From an uncultured Flavobacteriaceae bacterium (lineage in GTDB: Bacteria; Bacteroidota; Bacteroidia; AKYH767-A; OLB10), in assembly GCA_964587075.1 (NCBI GenBank), contig CAZPKJ010000003.1, positions 1 through 44,397 of the forward strand: DNA of 44,397 nucleotides. Direction: 5' to 3'. This document shows, piece by piece, positions 17,918 through 27,660 of the stretch. The notes below the pieces were generated by a model that searched no databases, was not told where the DNA came from, and saw only the letters and a list, made by a program, of their open reading frames with translations. The translations under genes were made by a program, and so were the position numbers. Numbering within the stretch: the stretch's first letter is position 1; every line of letters starts with the position of its first letter.

Positions 17918-19990
17918 GTGCAAATATTTCCTGAATCATCTTTACTGTCGACAGAGTTTGACAAGGTTATGGGCCTGGTGGAAGCACGTTGTATTTCACC
18001 TATGGGTGTTGCATGCGTGAAGCAGGTTGAAGTTCTGACTGATTTAACCAATATAAATACCTTACTGCAGCGTGTGGTTGAAATGAAGTTTATTGTAACC
18101 TCATCGCTTCCATTTCCAACTACCGGTTATATGGATATCTCAAAAGAGCTTGGGCTTTTGCGGATAGAAAACAGTGTGCTGAGTGAATCGCAGTTTACCG
18201 ACATCAGGACCATGGTTCAAACCATCCGGGAAATTTATTCCTTTTTTAAAAACCGCAGGCAACAATTCCAGTACCTTGAAGATTTGCTTAACCCTGTACC
18301 GTTTGAACCGGCCATTACCAGAGAGATTGACGCCATTATTGATGAGTATGGCGCTGTTAAAACATCAGCATCAGCGGAGCTGGCCGCAATACGGAGAAAC
18401 CTGCAGCGCAGCAGGGCCGAATGCGACCGGATTTACACACAGGTTATTAATAAATATCGCAAACAGGATTGGCTTACCGAATCGGAAGAGAGCAGCCGGA
18501 ACGGACGCAGGGTCATAGCTATATTCTCGGAACACAAACGCAGTGTAAAAGGAATTATTCACGATTCATCGGCTACCGGTAAAACGTCATTTGTTGAACC
18601 CGAAGAAGCTCTTGAAATCAATAATGCAATCGCTAACCTTGAATTTGAGGAGCGGCAGGAAATAAACAGGATTCTTAAACTGTTGTCGGAAACACTCAGG
18701 CAATATTCAGGTGCATTGATGAACTATCATAATCTTCTCGGAGTTTTTGATTTCAACCGGGCAAAGGGCAAACTGGCCCATGAACTTGATGCCGGGTTAC
18801 CGCAACTAACCAACGCAGCCGTTATTGATTTAAAGGAAGCCCTTCATCCTCTGTTGCTGATTCATAATAAACCATTAAATAAAGCAACTGTTCCGTTTAC
18901 CCTGAGTTTGAATGAACAAAACAGGATTCTGGTAATAAGCGGACCCAATGCGGGCGGAAAAACTGTTTGCATGAAAACTGCCGGCCTGCTTCAAATGATG
19001 CTTCAGTCGGGTTTACTGGTTAGCGCGCATGCCGACAGTAAATTCGGAATATTCGAAAACATCATGGTTGATATGGGCGACAGCCAGTCGATAGAATATG
19101 AATTAAGCACCTATAGTTCACGTCTCAGGAACATGCGAATTTTTTTGGAGCGGATAAATAACAGGAGTCTTTTTTTGATTGATGAATTTGGAACCGGAAC
19201 CGATCCCAATCTTGGTGGTGCCCTGGCAGAGGCAGTTTTAGAAGAGCTGAATAACCGCAAGGCCATCGGTATAATAACCACTCATTATTTAAACCTGAAA
19301 GTATTCGCCGATAAAACTGACGGAATTATCAACGGTTCCATGGAGTTCGACCTGAAGCAGCTTAAACCATTGTACCGGTTGGTTACCGGGAAGCCGGGAA
19401 GCTCTTATACGTTCCTGGTTGCCGAGCGGAGTGGTTTACCTCCGTCGATTATTAAAAATGCGAGGAGAAAAGTTACTCGAAAAAACCTGATGCTCGAAAA
19501 ATTACTTACCGATGTCCAGCGTGAAAAGGAGCAGCTCAGGCAGCGCACAGTTCAAATTCAGGAACAGGAAAAATCTATCCGTGAATTAAGTAAAAAATAT
19601 GAATCGCTTTCAAAAACAGAAACAGAAAAACTATCGCTAAAAGAACAAAAGTTAAAGAAACTTGAAGAACGTATACTGAGAGAGTCGGAAGAAAAATTCA
19701 AATCGTTCCTGAAGGAATGGCGGAAAGCAAAAGATAAAAAACCGGTTTTAGATAAATATTACAAACAGTTTGTGAGAAAGAAACAGGTCGATAAACCCGA
19801 AGTACTCGAAAAAAAGCGTCGCGAAAAATTGAAGCTTATGCAATCGGTTATATTTCCTGGAACCCGGGTACGGCTGCAGAACGGACACACTGCCGGCGTT
19901 GTTGAACAGGTAGATCACGACAAGGCGTTTGTAGTATTTGGAAATGTTAAAGCGGTGTGTGACCTGGTAAACCTGGAACTGATCGAATGA
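17918..19990 (+). CDS. mutS2: MutS2-family ATPase lacking the Smr domain
   Basis: Walker A GPNAGGKT, Walker B LFLIDEFGTGTDP, and a coiled-coil K/E-rich segment. The C-terminus (VIFPGTRVRLQNGHTAGVVEQVDHDKAFVVFGNVKAV) looks like the KOW-like segment of MutS2, and the protein ends there. The track start (TTG 17876) coincides with the putative -33 element, so in-frame GTG 17918 (VQIFPESS...) is preferred. Confidence 0.8.
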   Translation: MQIFPESSLLSTEFDKVMGLVEARCISPMGVACVKQVEVLTDLTNINTLLQRVVEMKFIVTSSLPFPTTGYMDISKELGLLRIENSVLSESQFTDIRTMVQTIREIYSFFKNRRQQFQYLEDLLNPVPFEPAITREIDAIIDEYGAVKTSASAELAAIRRNLQRSRAECDRIYTQVINKYRKQDWLTESEESSRNGRRVIAIFSEHKRSVKGIIHDSSATGKTSFVEPEEALEINNAIANLEFEERQEINRILKLLSETLRQYSGALMNYHNLLGVFDFNRAKGKLAHELDAGLPQLTNAAVIDLKEALHPLLLIHNKPLNKATVPFTLSLNEQNRILVISGPNAGGKTVCMKTAGLLQMMLQSGLLVSAHADSKFGIFENIMVDMGDSQSIEYELSTYSSRLRNMRIFLERINNRSLFLIDEFGTGTDPNLGGALAEAVLEELNNRKAIGIITTHYLNLKVFADKTDGIINGSMEFDLKQLKPLYRLVTGKPGSSYTFLVAERSGLPPSIIKNARRKVTRKNLMLEKLLTDVQREKEQLRQRTVQIQEQEKSIRELSKKYESLSKTETEKLSLKEQKLKKLEERILRESEEKFKSFLKEWRKAKDKKPVLDKYYKQFVRKKQVDKPEVLEKKRREKLKLMQSVIFPGTRVRLQNGHTAGVVEQVDHDKAFVVFGNVKAVCDLVNLELIE

Positions 19991-20103
19991 ATTCAATCCT
20001 ATGCCCATTATTCAAAATATAATTAAAAAATCCGGTGAATAATCGCGGCTAACAACACTTTACATATAACGTTTGATAATAAACGATAATTATTTACATC
20101 CTG

Positions 20104-20478
20104 GTGCGAATAGATAAATATTTATGGTCGGTGAGAATATTCAAAACCCGCAGTAAGGCTACCCAGGCATGCGACCTTGAAAAAGTGAAAATAAGGGGCC
20201 AGCTGGTAAAGGCCTCGCGTAAAATTACAGCGGGCGATGAAATATCGGTCCGGTTTGGGCCTTTTGAACGGCATTTCAAGGTCCTGGAACCGGCCCCCAG
20301 CCGGCTTTCGGCTAAACTGGTTCCGCAATACTGCCTCGAAATTACGCCTGCCGAAACTATTGATAAAATGCGTGCACATGCCGCTGCCAGAGCGGTTTGG
20401 CGTACTCCCGGACTGGGCAGGCCTACCAAGAAAGAGCGCAGGGATCTGGATGAATTTATGGATTTTGATGACTGGTAA
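20104..20478 (+). CDS. hslR: S4-domain RNA-binding protein, Hsp15 (HslR)-like
   Basis: RIDKYLWSVRIFKTRSKA ... GDEI S4 motif and a basic C-terminal tail (GRPTKKERRDLDEF). GTG start. Confidence 0.75.
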   Translation: MRIDKYLWSVRIFKTRSKATQACDLEKVKIRGQLVKASRKITAGDEISVRFGPFERHFKVLEPAPSRLSAKLVPQYCLEITPAETIDKMRAHAAARAVWRTPGLGRPTKKERRDLDEFMDFDDW

Positions 20479-20585
20479 GTTACCCGAAAGTTGGTACTTT
20501 TGCACCCTGAATAAAAAAAACAGCCCGTATTATCCGGCTGGTTTAAATTAAATTCATTTACTTATATCATCATCATTAGCTGTTT

Positions 20586-21686
20586 ATGGGATTGAAGTGC
20601 GGAATTGTAGGATTACCGAACGTAGGTAAATCTACACTGTTTAATTGCTTGTCGAATGCCAAGGCCCAGGCGGCCAATTTTCCATTTTGTACCATCGAGC
20701 CAAATATTGGAGTTATAACCGTTCCTGATGAACGGCTCGAAGAACTGGCTAAACTGGTCAATCCACAAAGGGTACTTCCAACCACCGTGGAAATTGTTGA
20801 CATAGCCGGACTTGTTAAAGGGGCCAGCAAAGGGGAAGGTTTGGGTAACCAGTTTCTGGGAAATATCCGGGAAACAGACGCCATTTTGCACGTACTCCGC
20901 TGTTTCGACGATCCCAATGTAGTGCATGTTGATGGAAGTGTAAATCCTATACGCGATAAAGAAACGATTGATATTGAACTACAGCTAAAAGACCTGGAAG
21001 CCATTGAAAAGAAAATTCAAAAAGTTGAAAAGGCAGCAAGGGTAGGAACCGATAAGGAAGCGAAAAAAGCATTTGACGTATTGTCGGTTTATAAGAAACA
21101 CCTGGAGCAGGGTAAATCGGCCCGGTCGGCTCCGGTATTGGCCGAAGACCGGCAATTCATTGAAGATATTTACCTGTTAACCGATAAGCCTGTATTATAT
21201 GTTTGTAATGTAGATGAAAAGTCGGTGGTAACAGGCAATAAATATGTAGAACAGGTACGTGAAGCCATTAAGGATGAGAATGCCGAACTACTGGTAATTG
21301 CCGCCGCCATTGAAGCGGATATTGCACAAATGGAAAGTTATGACGACCGTCAAATTTTTCTCGAAGATCTGGGGCTTACCGAATCAGGCGTAAGTAAGCT
21401 GATTAAGTCGGCCTACCGCCTGCTGGAACTTTATACCTATTTCACAGCCGGCGAAAAAGAGGTGCGTGCATGGACAATACATAAGGGTATGACAGCACCT
21501 CAGGCCGCCGGGGTAATTCATACCGATTTTGAAAAAGGTTTTATCAGGGCTGAAGTAATTCACTACAACGACTACATAAAATATGGCTCGGAACAAGCGT
21601 GTAAAGAGGCCGGCAAACTTTCGGTAGAAGGAAAAGAATATGTTGTTCAGGATGGAGATGTAATGCACTTCAGGTTTAATGTTTAA
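20586..21686 (+). CDS. ychF: ribosome-binding ATPase YchF
   Basis: GIVGLPNVGKSTLFN P-loop, a coiled-coil insert, and the C-terminal TGS-like domain ending DGDVMHFRFNV. Confidence 0.95.
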   Translation: MGLKCGIVGLPNVGKSTLFNCLSNAKAQAANFPFCTIEPNIGVITVPDERLEELAKLVNPQRVLPTTVEIVDIAGLVKGASKGEGLGNQFLGNIRETDAILHVLRCFDDPNVVHVDGSVNPIRDKETIDIELQLKDLEAIEKKIQKVEKAARVGTDKEAKKAFDVLSVYKKHLEQGKSARSAPVLAEDRQFIEDIYLLTDKPVLYVCNVDEKSVVTGNKYVEQVREAIKDENAELLVIAAAIEADIAQMESYDDRQIFLEDLGLTESGVSKLIKSAYRLLELYTYFTAGEKEVRAWTIHKGMTAPQAAGVIHTDFEKGFIRAEVIHYNDYIKYGSEQACKEAGKLSVEGKEYVVQDGDVMHFRFNV

Positions 21687-21702
21687 CCGGAACGCATAAA
21701 TT

Positions 21703-21739
21703 AAAAACGGGGTGAATCATTTGATTCACCCCGTTTTTA
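21703..21739. terminator. bidirectional rho-independent terminator between convergent ychF and the T9SS protein gene
   Basis: 13-bp perfect stem ACGGGGTGAATCA/TGATTCACCCCGT, flanked by an A run and a T run. Confidence 0.85.
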
Positions 21740-21753
21740 ATTATTCAGAGATT

Positions 21754-24129
21754 CTATCTTGTTTTGGAAATTCTAAGGGGTTTCGATGAAAATCCATCAG
21801 TGATGAGCTCAACCAAATAAACTCCCGATGACAGATTTTTACCGGTTTCAATAACACCGTTGTTTAAGTTAACTTTTTCGGATGAAACAACACGTCCCGA
21901 CAAATCAGAAATTCTAAGCAAAGCATTACCGGACAGTTTTTGTGTATCGAAAGTTATCCGTATCACATCCTGATAAGGGTTAGGGTAAGCCATCAGCGAA
22001 AGCGTACTGTTTTCATGAAAACCCAACGGCCCTTCTACCACCTCAAATTTATCGAGTCCACCCTCAACTATATTAAATACCGGGCCCCAATCGGCAGTTT
22101 CAATTATGAAACGCATATTGGCGGTAGGCGCAAGAAACTGACTGATTTGATAATTCCGGAAAACCCAGCTCGAATTATTTGGTGAATTCGGAAATACACT
22201 TTCCAGAGTAACTGTTGTAATTCCGTTGGATAATTTCACTGTCAAGGTATCATCGGCCGATCCGCCTCCGTTATTACCGCTGTTATGAAACCAGCGGGCA
22301 TAATTAACATACGGATTCAGGAATAAGGAAGCATCGAAAACCGGTGAAGTTAACACCGTGTTTCCGCCATCCACATCGTTGTCCCACGGACCACCGCCAC
22401 CATTATCGGTAACATATGCCTTATCACGGCAGTCGTTGTTCACGTCAAAGTTCGGATTAGCCTGTGTTCCTCCCTGTGTGGTTGTACCTACAGGCTCTCC
22501 CCTTTCCCAGCTGTTTCCGGAGGTTCCGCTAACCGACCAGCCCAGGTCAAAAGTGAAATCATCATATATGCCCGGCTGGAGGTCAATAATCAATGGAATG
22601 GTCGAGGTATTTACCTGAACATTGTCGGTACAATAGGTGCGGTAATTCCATTTCCCTGCGTCTACACTGTAAACATCGGGGAAGAATGCCGGAATAGCAA
22701 AATTTCCGTTCACATCGGTAGTTACCAGGTCGCTCGAACCTCCGCTGAAAATCTGTACCTGGGCCCCGGCAACCGGTTGCAGTGTAACGGCATCGCGTAC
22801 ATGTCCGGTGGCGGTCATCGCGGTAAGCGGGTTCAGCTCAACATCAAGCACAGTGAGCTGACCATTGGTGAGTATAACGTTATTGATAATTTTAGTTTGA
22901 TAACCGGAGCGTGAAACCTGTACTGAAACTGTACCCGGTGTAACCGTACCGGTTTTATATTCGCCGGCAATATTTGTAATTTTTGATAAGCTGGTACTTA
23001 ACACCTGTACCGTGGCATTGCTCAGCGGAAGCCCGCTCACCGAATCGGTAACAACACCTTCCAGGTAACATGCCCTTACATAGTTAGGCGAAAGTACGAA
23101 CAATCCGTTATTAATATCGGATGCAACAATGGTACCACTGGGCAGAAAAGGATAAACGCCCCAGCATCCGCTAAAACCACCTCCGGTGCCCTGGGGGTAG
23201 GTGTCGTAACTGCCCACTGATATGATATTTCCTGGTCTTGATACATCGGTTATTGAAACACCATCTTTGTACCATGAAGTAACTGCGAAATCGTTAGTGA
23301 CATGAGTATTGTGTACTATGGATCCCGATCCCGGCGTAATCTGAAACCGGTCGAGTTCTTTTATATCACCAAGGTCGGTGATATCGTACGATGCAAGGAA
23401 TGAGTTGTTCACCTCATCGGTGGTAAAAAGCGCAGTGCCGGCATCGTTTAGCCAGGTATTGTGCGTAAAATTACCGGGTGTGTTTTGCTGCGCCAGCAAA
23501 ACCGGATTTGCCTTGTTTGAAACATCGTAAACAGCGAAATATCCGTCGTAAATATGGCCGGCATACAACACGTCGTTTCTTACATAACCGTCGTGTATAT
23601 ACGTTCCGGGAGTTTTTCCTTTATAAACCGGGTTCCATGGATCAGCCAAATCAATGATAAGAGCAGCGCCATTATACAGGTTTGTACCAAAAAGGTACGC
23701 GTGGGCATCCTCAATGTGAAGGGCATGAATAGTTTCAAGCTGCCCACTGATGGCTCCGGTACCTGTCCAGTATTTTGAGTTAACTGAGGCTGGTAAATTC
23801 GAAAGGTCTACAATTTGCAACCCCGAATTTCCACCTTCAGTGGTAACATAGGCATACGTGCTCCAGGTTTTGACTTCACGCCAGTCGGAGTTGGGTCCGG
23901 TAACGGTAAAGGCTATGAAAGGATTATCGGGATCAGTTACATTTACAATAGACAAACCGTTGTAAAATCCGACAAGAGCATACTCGTTTCCCTGGCTGTC
24001 GACATAACCGCCGATATTCGACAGTGTAACACCATACGTAAGCGTTGAACGAAGTGTCAGGTTAAAATTCTGGGCAGAGGCCGCCAAACCGATGAGTAAT
24101 CCCATGGCGACAAATAATGTTTTTTTCAT
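21754..24129 (-). CDS. secreted LVIVD-repeat (choice-of-anchor-B-like) protein with CarboxypepD_reg-like domains and a T9SS C-terminal sorting domain
   Basis: Signal peptide. Repeated LVIVD-type units (GLQIVDLSN, ALIIDLADPWNP, FAVYDVSNKANP, VSITDVSRPGN). Two VTDSVSG / VRDAVT beta-sandwich units. C-terminal AYPNPYQDVIRI...GVYLVELI T9SS tail. Confidence 0.8.
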   Translation of the reverse strand: MKKTLFVAMGLLIGLAASAQNFNLTLRSTLTYGVTLSNIGGYVDSQGNEYALVGFYNGLSIVNVTDPDNPFIAFTVTGPNSDWREVKTWSTYAYVTTEGGNSGLQIVDLSNLPASVNSKYWTGTGAISGQLETIHALHIEDAHAYLFGTNLYNGAALIIDLADPWNPVYKGKTPGTYIHDGYVRNDVLYAGHIYDGYFAVYDVSNKANPVLLAQQNTPGNFTHNTWLNDAGTALFTTDEVNNSFLASYDITDLGDIKELDRFQITPGSGSIVHNTHVTNDFAVTSWYKDGVSITDVSRPGNIISVGSYDTYPQGTGGGFSGCWGVYPFLPSGTIVASDINNGLFVLSPNYVRACYLEGVVTDSVSGLPLSNATVQVLSTSLSKITNIAGEYKTGTVTPGTVSVQVSRSGYQTKIINNVILTNGQLTVLDVELNPLTAMTATGHVRDAVTLQPVAGAQVQIFSGGSSDLVTTDVNGNFAIPAFFPDVYSVDAGKWNYRTYCTDNVQVNTSTIPLIIDLQPGIYDDFTFDLGWSVSGTSGNSWERGEPVGTTTQGGTQANPNFDVNNDCRDKAYVTDNGGGGPWDNDVDGGNTVLTSPVFDASLFLNPYVNYARWFHNSGNNGGGSADDTLTVKLSNGITTVTLESVFPNSPNNSSWVFRNYQISQFLAPTANMRFIIETADWGPVFNIVEGGLDKFEVVEGPLGFHENSTLSLMAYPNPYQDVIRITFDTQKLSGNALLRISDLSGRVVSSEKVNLNNGVIETGKNLSSGVYLVELITDGFSSKPLRISKTR

Positions 24130-24152
24130 TTTTTAAAGTTAGTTGGAGCCGC

Positions 24153-24160
24153 AAAGTTAC
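24153..24160 (-). promoter_or_regulatory. candidate -7 box TAACTTTG upstream of the LVIVD/T9SS gene
   Basis: Exact TAnnTTTG on the minus strand, ending 23 nt before the ATG at 24129. There is no well-spaced -33 element. Confidence 0.35.
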
Positions 24161-24237
24161 AGAATAATGCAAGGCACACCAGCACTAAAACACATAATAT
24201 CAATTAAGTACAAGTTTGAACAAGAAAAGTACTTTTC

Positions 24238-25452
24238 TCAATTATGCCCCTTAAATCTGCATACTGCGTAAAACATTGAATCTGAACCGTTTTTAGTTCC
24301 GTCCAATAGTTTTGCTTGTTCTACAGAAATGGACGCCGCATTAACAAGCCAGTTAATTATTTCCTCATTTTCGGCTTTAAAAACCGAGCAGGTAATGTAT
24401 ACCAGACAGCCCGCGGTTTTTAATCTTGTCAGGCAATTCAGAAGAATCTTTTTTTGCAACATTACATACTCATCGATTTGCCGGGCATCAAAAAAAGTCA
24501 GGTTTTCGGGGTTCCGCGACCAGGTTCCTGATCCGGTACAAGGCACATCGGCAATAATGCCATCAAAACCGGTAGGTTCGAAATTACCGGGAATTTTTTC
24601 GGCAACATTCAACGGGAACATGGCTACGGCTGAGTGACCGGGAGCCAGACGTTCGCTGAATTCCTGCAGGATTGATGAGCGTATATCCGTAGCCGTTATC
24701 GATACACCGGGTACTCTGTCGAGCAGCTGCAACGACTTCCCTCCTGCTCCGCAGCAGCAGTCCCACCAGTGTTCGCCGGCCTTTGCCGGAATTGCCGCTC
24801 CCGCCATTTGCGATGAAAGGTCCTGTATTTCAAAAATACGGTTCATACGCCGGTTACCGGTAACCATATTAATTCCCGGTGGAAATATGGCGCAATGGGT
24901 TTGCTCCGGATGCCAGCCGGGATACACATTTCGCGATTCGCAAAAATGTTTGAATGCAGGCTTACCCGTTTCCCTGACACGGACAAATACGTTTGGCTGA
25001 ACCAGCATCGATTTCGCATAATCCTGTATCAACAGACCATCCGACAATTTACAATCAAATGGGAAAATCAACTTCCATGAGAAGTCATGGAAATGTTTTT
25101 GAACAAAAGCCAGCCGGTTTTCAACAGAAGAATCATGCGGTATTTCAAGGTCAGCGCAGGCCAGGCGAAAACCCTCAGCCAAATCACCCTGTATTCCGTG
25201 ACAGAGATAATAGGAGAGAAACAACTTTACTTCAAAAGGCAATTCACCGAAGGCCTTTCCGCACCGGAACCAGGCATAACTCCACGAACGGTAAATAGTC
25301 CTGTCGCGGGATCCGAAGTTGCGGTGCTGAGAAAACTTTTTCTTAAGATACTGATGAAAAGGAACAGCACCGTCGTAACCATCAATCAACAATTTAATCT
25401 GGTGCAGGCGCGCCCGCTGGATTGATGTTAAAGCGGACGGATCAAAATTCAA
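24238..25452 (-). CDS. RsmB/NOP2-family SAM-dependent RNA m5C methyltransferase
   Basis: DCCCGAGGKS (SAM pocket), DVPCTGSGT and TCSVF (catalytic cysteines). TTG start overlapping the last 11 nt of parC. Confidence 0.8.
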   Translation of the reverse strand: MNFDPSALTSIQRARLHQIKLLIDGYDGAVPFHQYLKKKFSQHRNFGSRDRTIYRSWSYAWFRCGKAFGELPFEVKLFLSYYLCHGIQGDLAEGFRLACADLEIPHDSSVENRLAFVQKHFHDFSWKLIFPFDCKLSDGLLIQDYAKSMLVQPNVFVRVRETGKPAFKHFCESRNVYPGWHPEQTHCAIFPPGINMVTGNRRMNRIFEIQDLSSQMAGAAIPAKAGEHWWDCCCGAGGKSLQLLDRVPGVSITATDIRSSILQEFSERLAPGHSAVAMFPLNVAEKIPGNFEPTGFDGIIADVPCTGSGTWSRNPENLTFFDARQIDEYVMLQKKILLNCLTRLKTAGCLVYITCSVFKAENEEIINWLVNAASISVEQAKLLDGTKNGSDSMFYAVCRFKGHN

Positions 25453-27592
25453 GTTTTATCTGCGTTTTAATTTTTCCTGCCGGTGGATTTTCCGGTTCTT
25501 CTTTTTTTTTGGAAGCCGGCGTTGCAGGGTTTTTGAAATTGCCCGAGGTCTTGCTATCTTTTTCTTTACCCTCTTTAGTCTCCGGGTTTTCAACACTGTT
25601 TACAGCTGCTGGTGTACTAAACTTCAGTCTGGCTATGGGAAACCTGGTGAGAACATTCCCAATGGCGCTGCGTCCTTTAACAAGAACATCGTTGAAATCA
25701 ACCTCAAGAACCGTATTTTTCAGTTTGGGCCTGGGCTTTAGAATAACACTAACCTTTGGTGCGTCATTAACACCTGAAATACCAAGAAACAAAATTTTCG
25801 AACCTTCGGTACCTTTGGTCAGATCGTACACTTTTTCGCGGGTTACCCCGGATATATTAAATCGTTTCAACATGATGGCTCCACGGGGGCCATCCTGGTA
25901 AATCATATTAAATATTTTCTGGTCGTCGTTCTTTTCAAAAATACCTATGTGCCGGATATCCTTACCCATATAGGTTTTCTCGTCAATCTTAACTACCGTA
26001 AACTTTCCGTCGCCGGTAATGGCAATGATTTCATCTATATCAGAGCAGTCACAAACAAACTCATCCCGCTTCATGCCATAGCCGGCGAATCCCTCCTGCC
26101 TGTTTACATAAAGCTTCTGGTTGTTGGCAATTACCCTCGATGCTACAATAGTTTCGAAAGAGGCAATTTCGGTCCGGCGTTCCCTTCCTTTGCCATATTT
26201 CTTCAGTAAATCCTTAAAGTACTGGATTGCGTAGGATTTTATATTGGAAAGATTATCAAGGATTTTTTCAAGTTCTGCTTCAATGGCGGCAATTTTTTCC
26301 TCCGCCCGTTTGGAGTCATACTTTGAAATACGCTTGATCTTTAATTCCGTGAGTCCAACCATATCGTCGTAGGTTACAGGACGCTTAAGTAATTTCAGGT
26401 AGGGTTTCAGCCCGGCTGTAATGGTTTCAATAATCTGCTCCCACGTTTCACAGTTTTCGAGTGATCGGTAAATGCGTTTTTCAATGAAAATTTTCTCAAG
26501 TGAACAATAATGCCAGTCCTGTTCTTTTTCCTCCCTGGCAATTTCCAGTTCCAGTTTGAGCAGGTCGACGGTATTGCGGGTTGAAATTTCAAGGATCTCA
26601 TTAACACTCACAAAACGCGGGCGCCCTTCTTCAATGATACAGCTGTTGGGAGAAATGGAAACCTCACATTGTGTAAAAGCATAAAGTGCTTCTATGGCTT
26701 TTTCTGGATCCTGCGATGCATCCGGATGCAGGTAAATAACAATTTCAACCTGGGCCGAAGTATTGTCCTCAACTTTTTTAATCTTAATTTTTCCCTTGTC
26801 GACAGCCGCCAGGATAGAATCAATAACACTGGTAGTGGTAGTACCAAATGGAATTTGTTTTATGACCAGTGTTTTTTTGTCTTTCTGTTCAATTACTGCC
26901 CGAACCCTGATCCGTCCTCCACGAAGGCCCTCATTATATTTTGAAAAATCGGCGATGCCACCAGACTGAAAATCGGGCAGCAGGTTAATTTTTTTACCTC
27001 TTACCGCATCAACAGACGCCTGTAATAATTCGCAAAAGTTATGAGGTAAAATTTTACTGGCCAGTCCCACCGCAATACCTTCAACACCCATAGCAAGCAG
27101 TAAAGGGAATTTAACGGGAAGTGTAACCGGTTCCTTGTTCCTGCCATCATACGACTGCTGCCAAACGGTTGTTTTAGGATTAAAAACAACTTCCAGAGCA
27201 AACTTCGACAACCGTGCTTCGATATACCTGGCAGCAGCAGCACTGTCGCCGGTATGAACATTCCCCCAGTTACCCTGTGTATCAATAAGTAAATCTTTTT
27301 GTCCGATCTGCACCAACGCATCACCAATGGATGCATCGCCATGGGGGTGATATTTCATGGTATTCCCTATGATATTGGCCACTTTGTTATACCGGCCATC
27401 TTCCATCTCATACATGGAATGCAGGATGCGTCGCTGAACAGGTTTCAGTCCGTCTTCGATGTAAGGAACCGCCCTTTCAAGGATAACATAGGAAGCATAT
27501 TCAAGAAACCACTTTTTATACATGCCGGCAATGGCAGCCGAATCGGTGTTCGGATGTTTGTGGTCGGGTGTATCGGAATTAATTTCTGACAT
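25442..27592 (-). CDS. parC: DNA topoisomerase IV subunit A
   Basis: DGLKPVQRRILH, YHPHGD, AAARYIEARL (catalytic Tyr). Bacteroidota ParC-type N-terminus YKKWFLEYASYVILERAVP. Short C-terminal domain plus a K/E/P-rich tail. Confidence 0.85.
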   Translation of the reverse strand: MSEINSDTPDHKHPNTDSAAIAGMYKKWFLEYASYVILERAVPYIEDGLKPVQRRILHSMYEMEDGRYNKVANIIGNTMKYHPHGDASIGDALVQIGQKDLLIDTQGNWGNVHTGDSAAAARYIEARLSKFALEVVFNPKTTVWQQSYDGRNKEPVTLPVKFPLLLAMGVEGIAVGLASKILPHNFCELLQASVDAVRGKKINLLPDFQSGGIADFSKYNEGLRGGRIRVRAVIEQKDKKTLVIKQIPFGTTTTSVIDSILAAVDKGKIKIKKVEDNTSAQVEIVIYLHPDASQDPEKAIEALYAFTQCEVSISPNSCIIEEGRPRFVSVNEILEISTRNTVDLLKLELEIAREEKEQDWHYCSLEKIFIEKRIYRSLENCETWEQIIETITAGLKPYLKLLKRPVTYDDMVGLTELKIKRISKYDSKRAEEKIAAIEAELEKILDNLSNIKSYAIQYFKDLLKKYGKGRERRTEIASFETIVASRVIANNQKLYVNRQEGFAGYGMKRDEFVCDCSDIDEIIAITGDGKFTVVKIDEKTYMGKDIRHIGIFEKNDDQKIFNMIYQDGPRGAIMLKRFNISGVTREKVYDLTKGTEGSKILFLGISGVNDAPKVSVILKPRPKLKNTVLEVDFNDVLVKGRSAIGNVLTRFPIARLKFSTPAAVNSVENPETKEGKEKDSKTSGNFKNPATPASKKKEEPENPPAGKIKTQIKLEF

Positions 27593-27660
27593 TATTATTT
27601 TTACTGTTTACAGAATATTCTGTATTTCATTGCATGAAAAGATTTATTACAAGTTACCGC

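Noticed and set aside
20094-20551. Three additional long ORFs (111, 127 and 104 aa) overlapping the hslR gene on both strands.
   Set aside because: Their translations are Arg/Pro/Gly-rich and have no motifs. The 20104-20478 frame carries a clear S4/Hsp15 signature. The extra ORFs are most simply explained by locally stop-poor composition.
25422-25901. A 159-aa plus-strand ORF antisense to the 3' end of parC.
   Set aside because: It is a low-complexity mirror of the K/E/P-rich ParC tail and C-terminal domain. It has no start context or promoter, and parC coding is unambiguous here.
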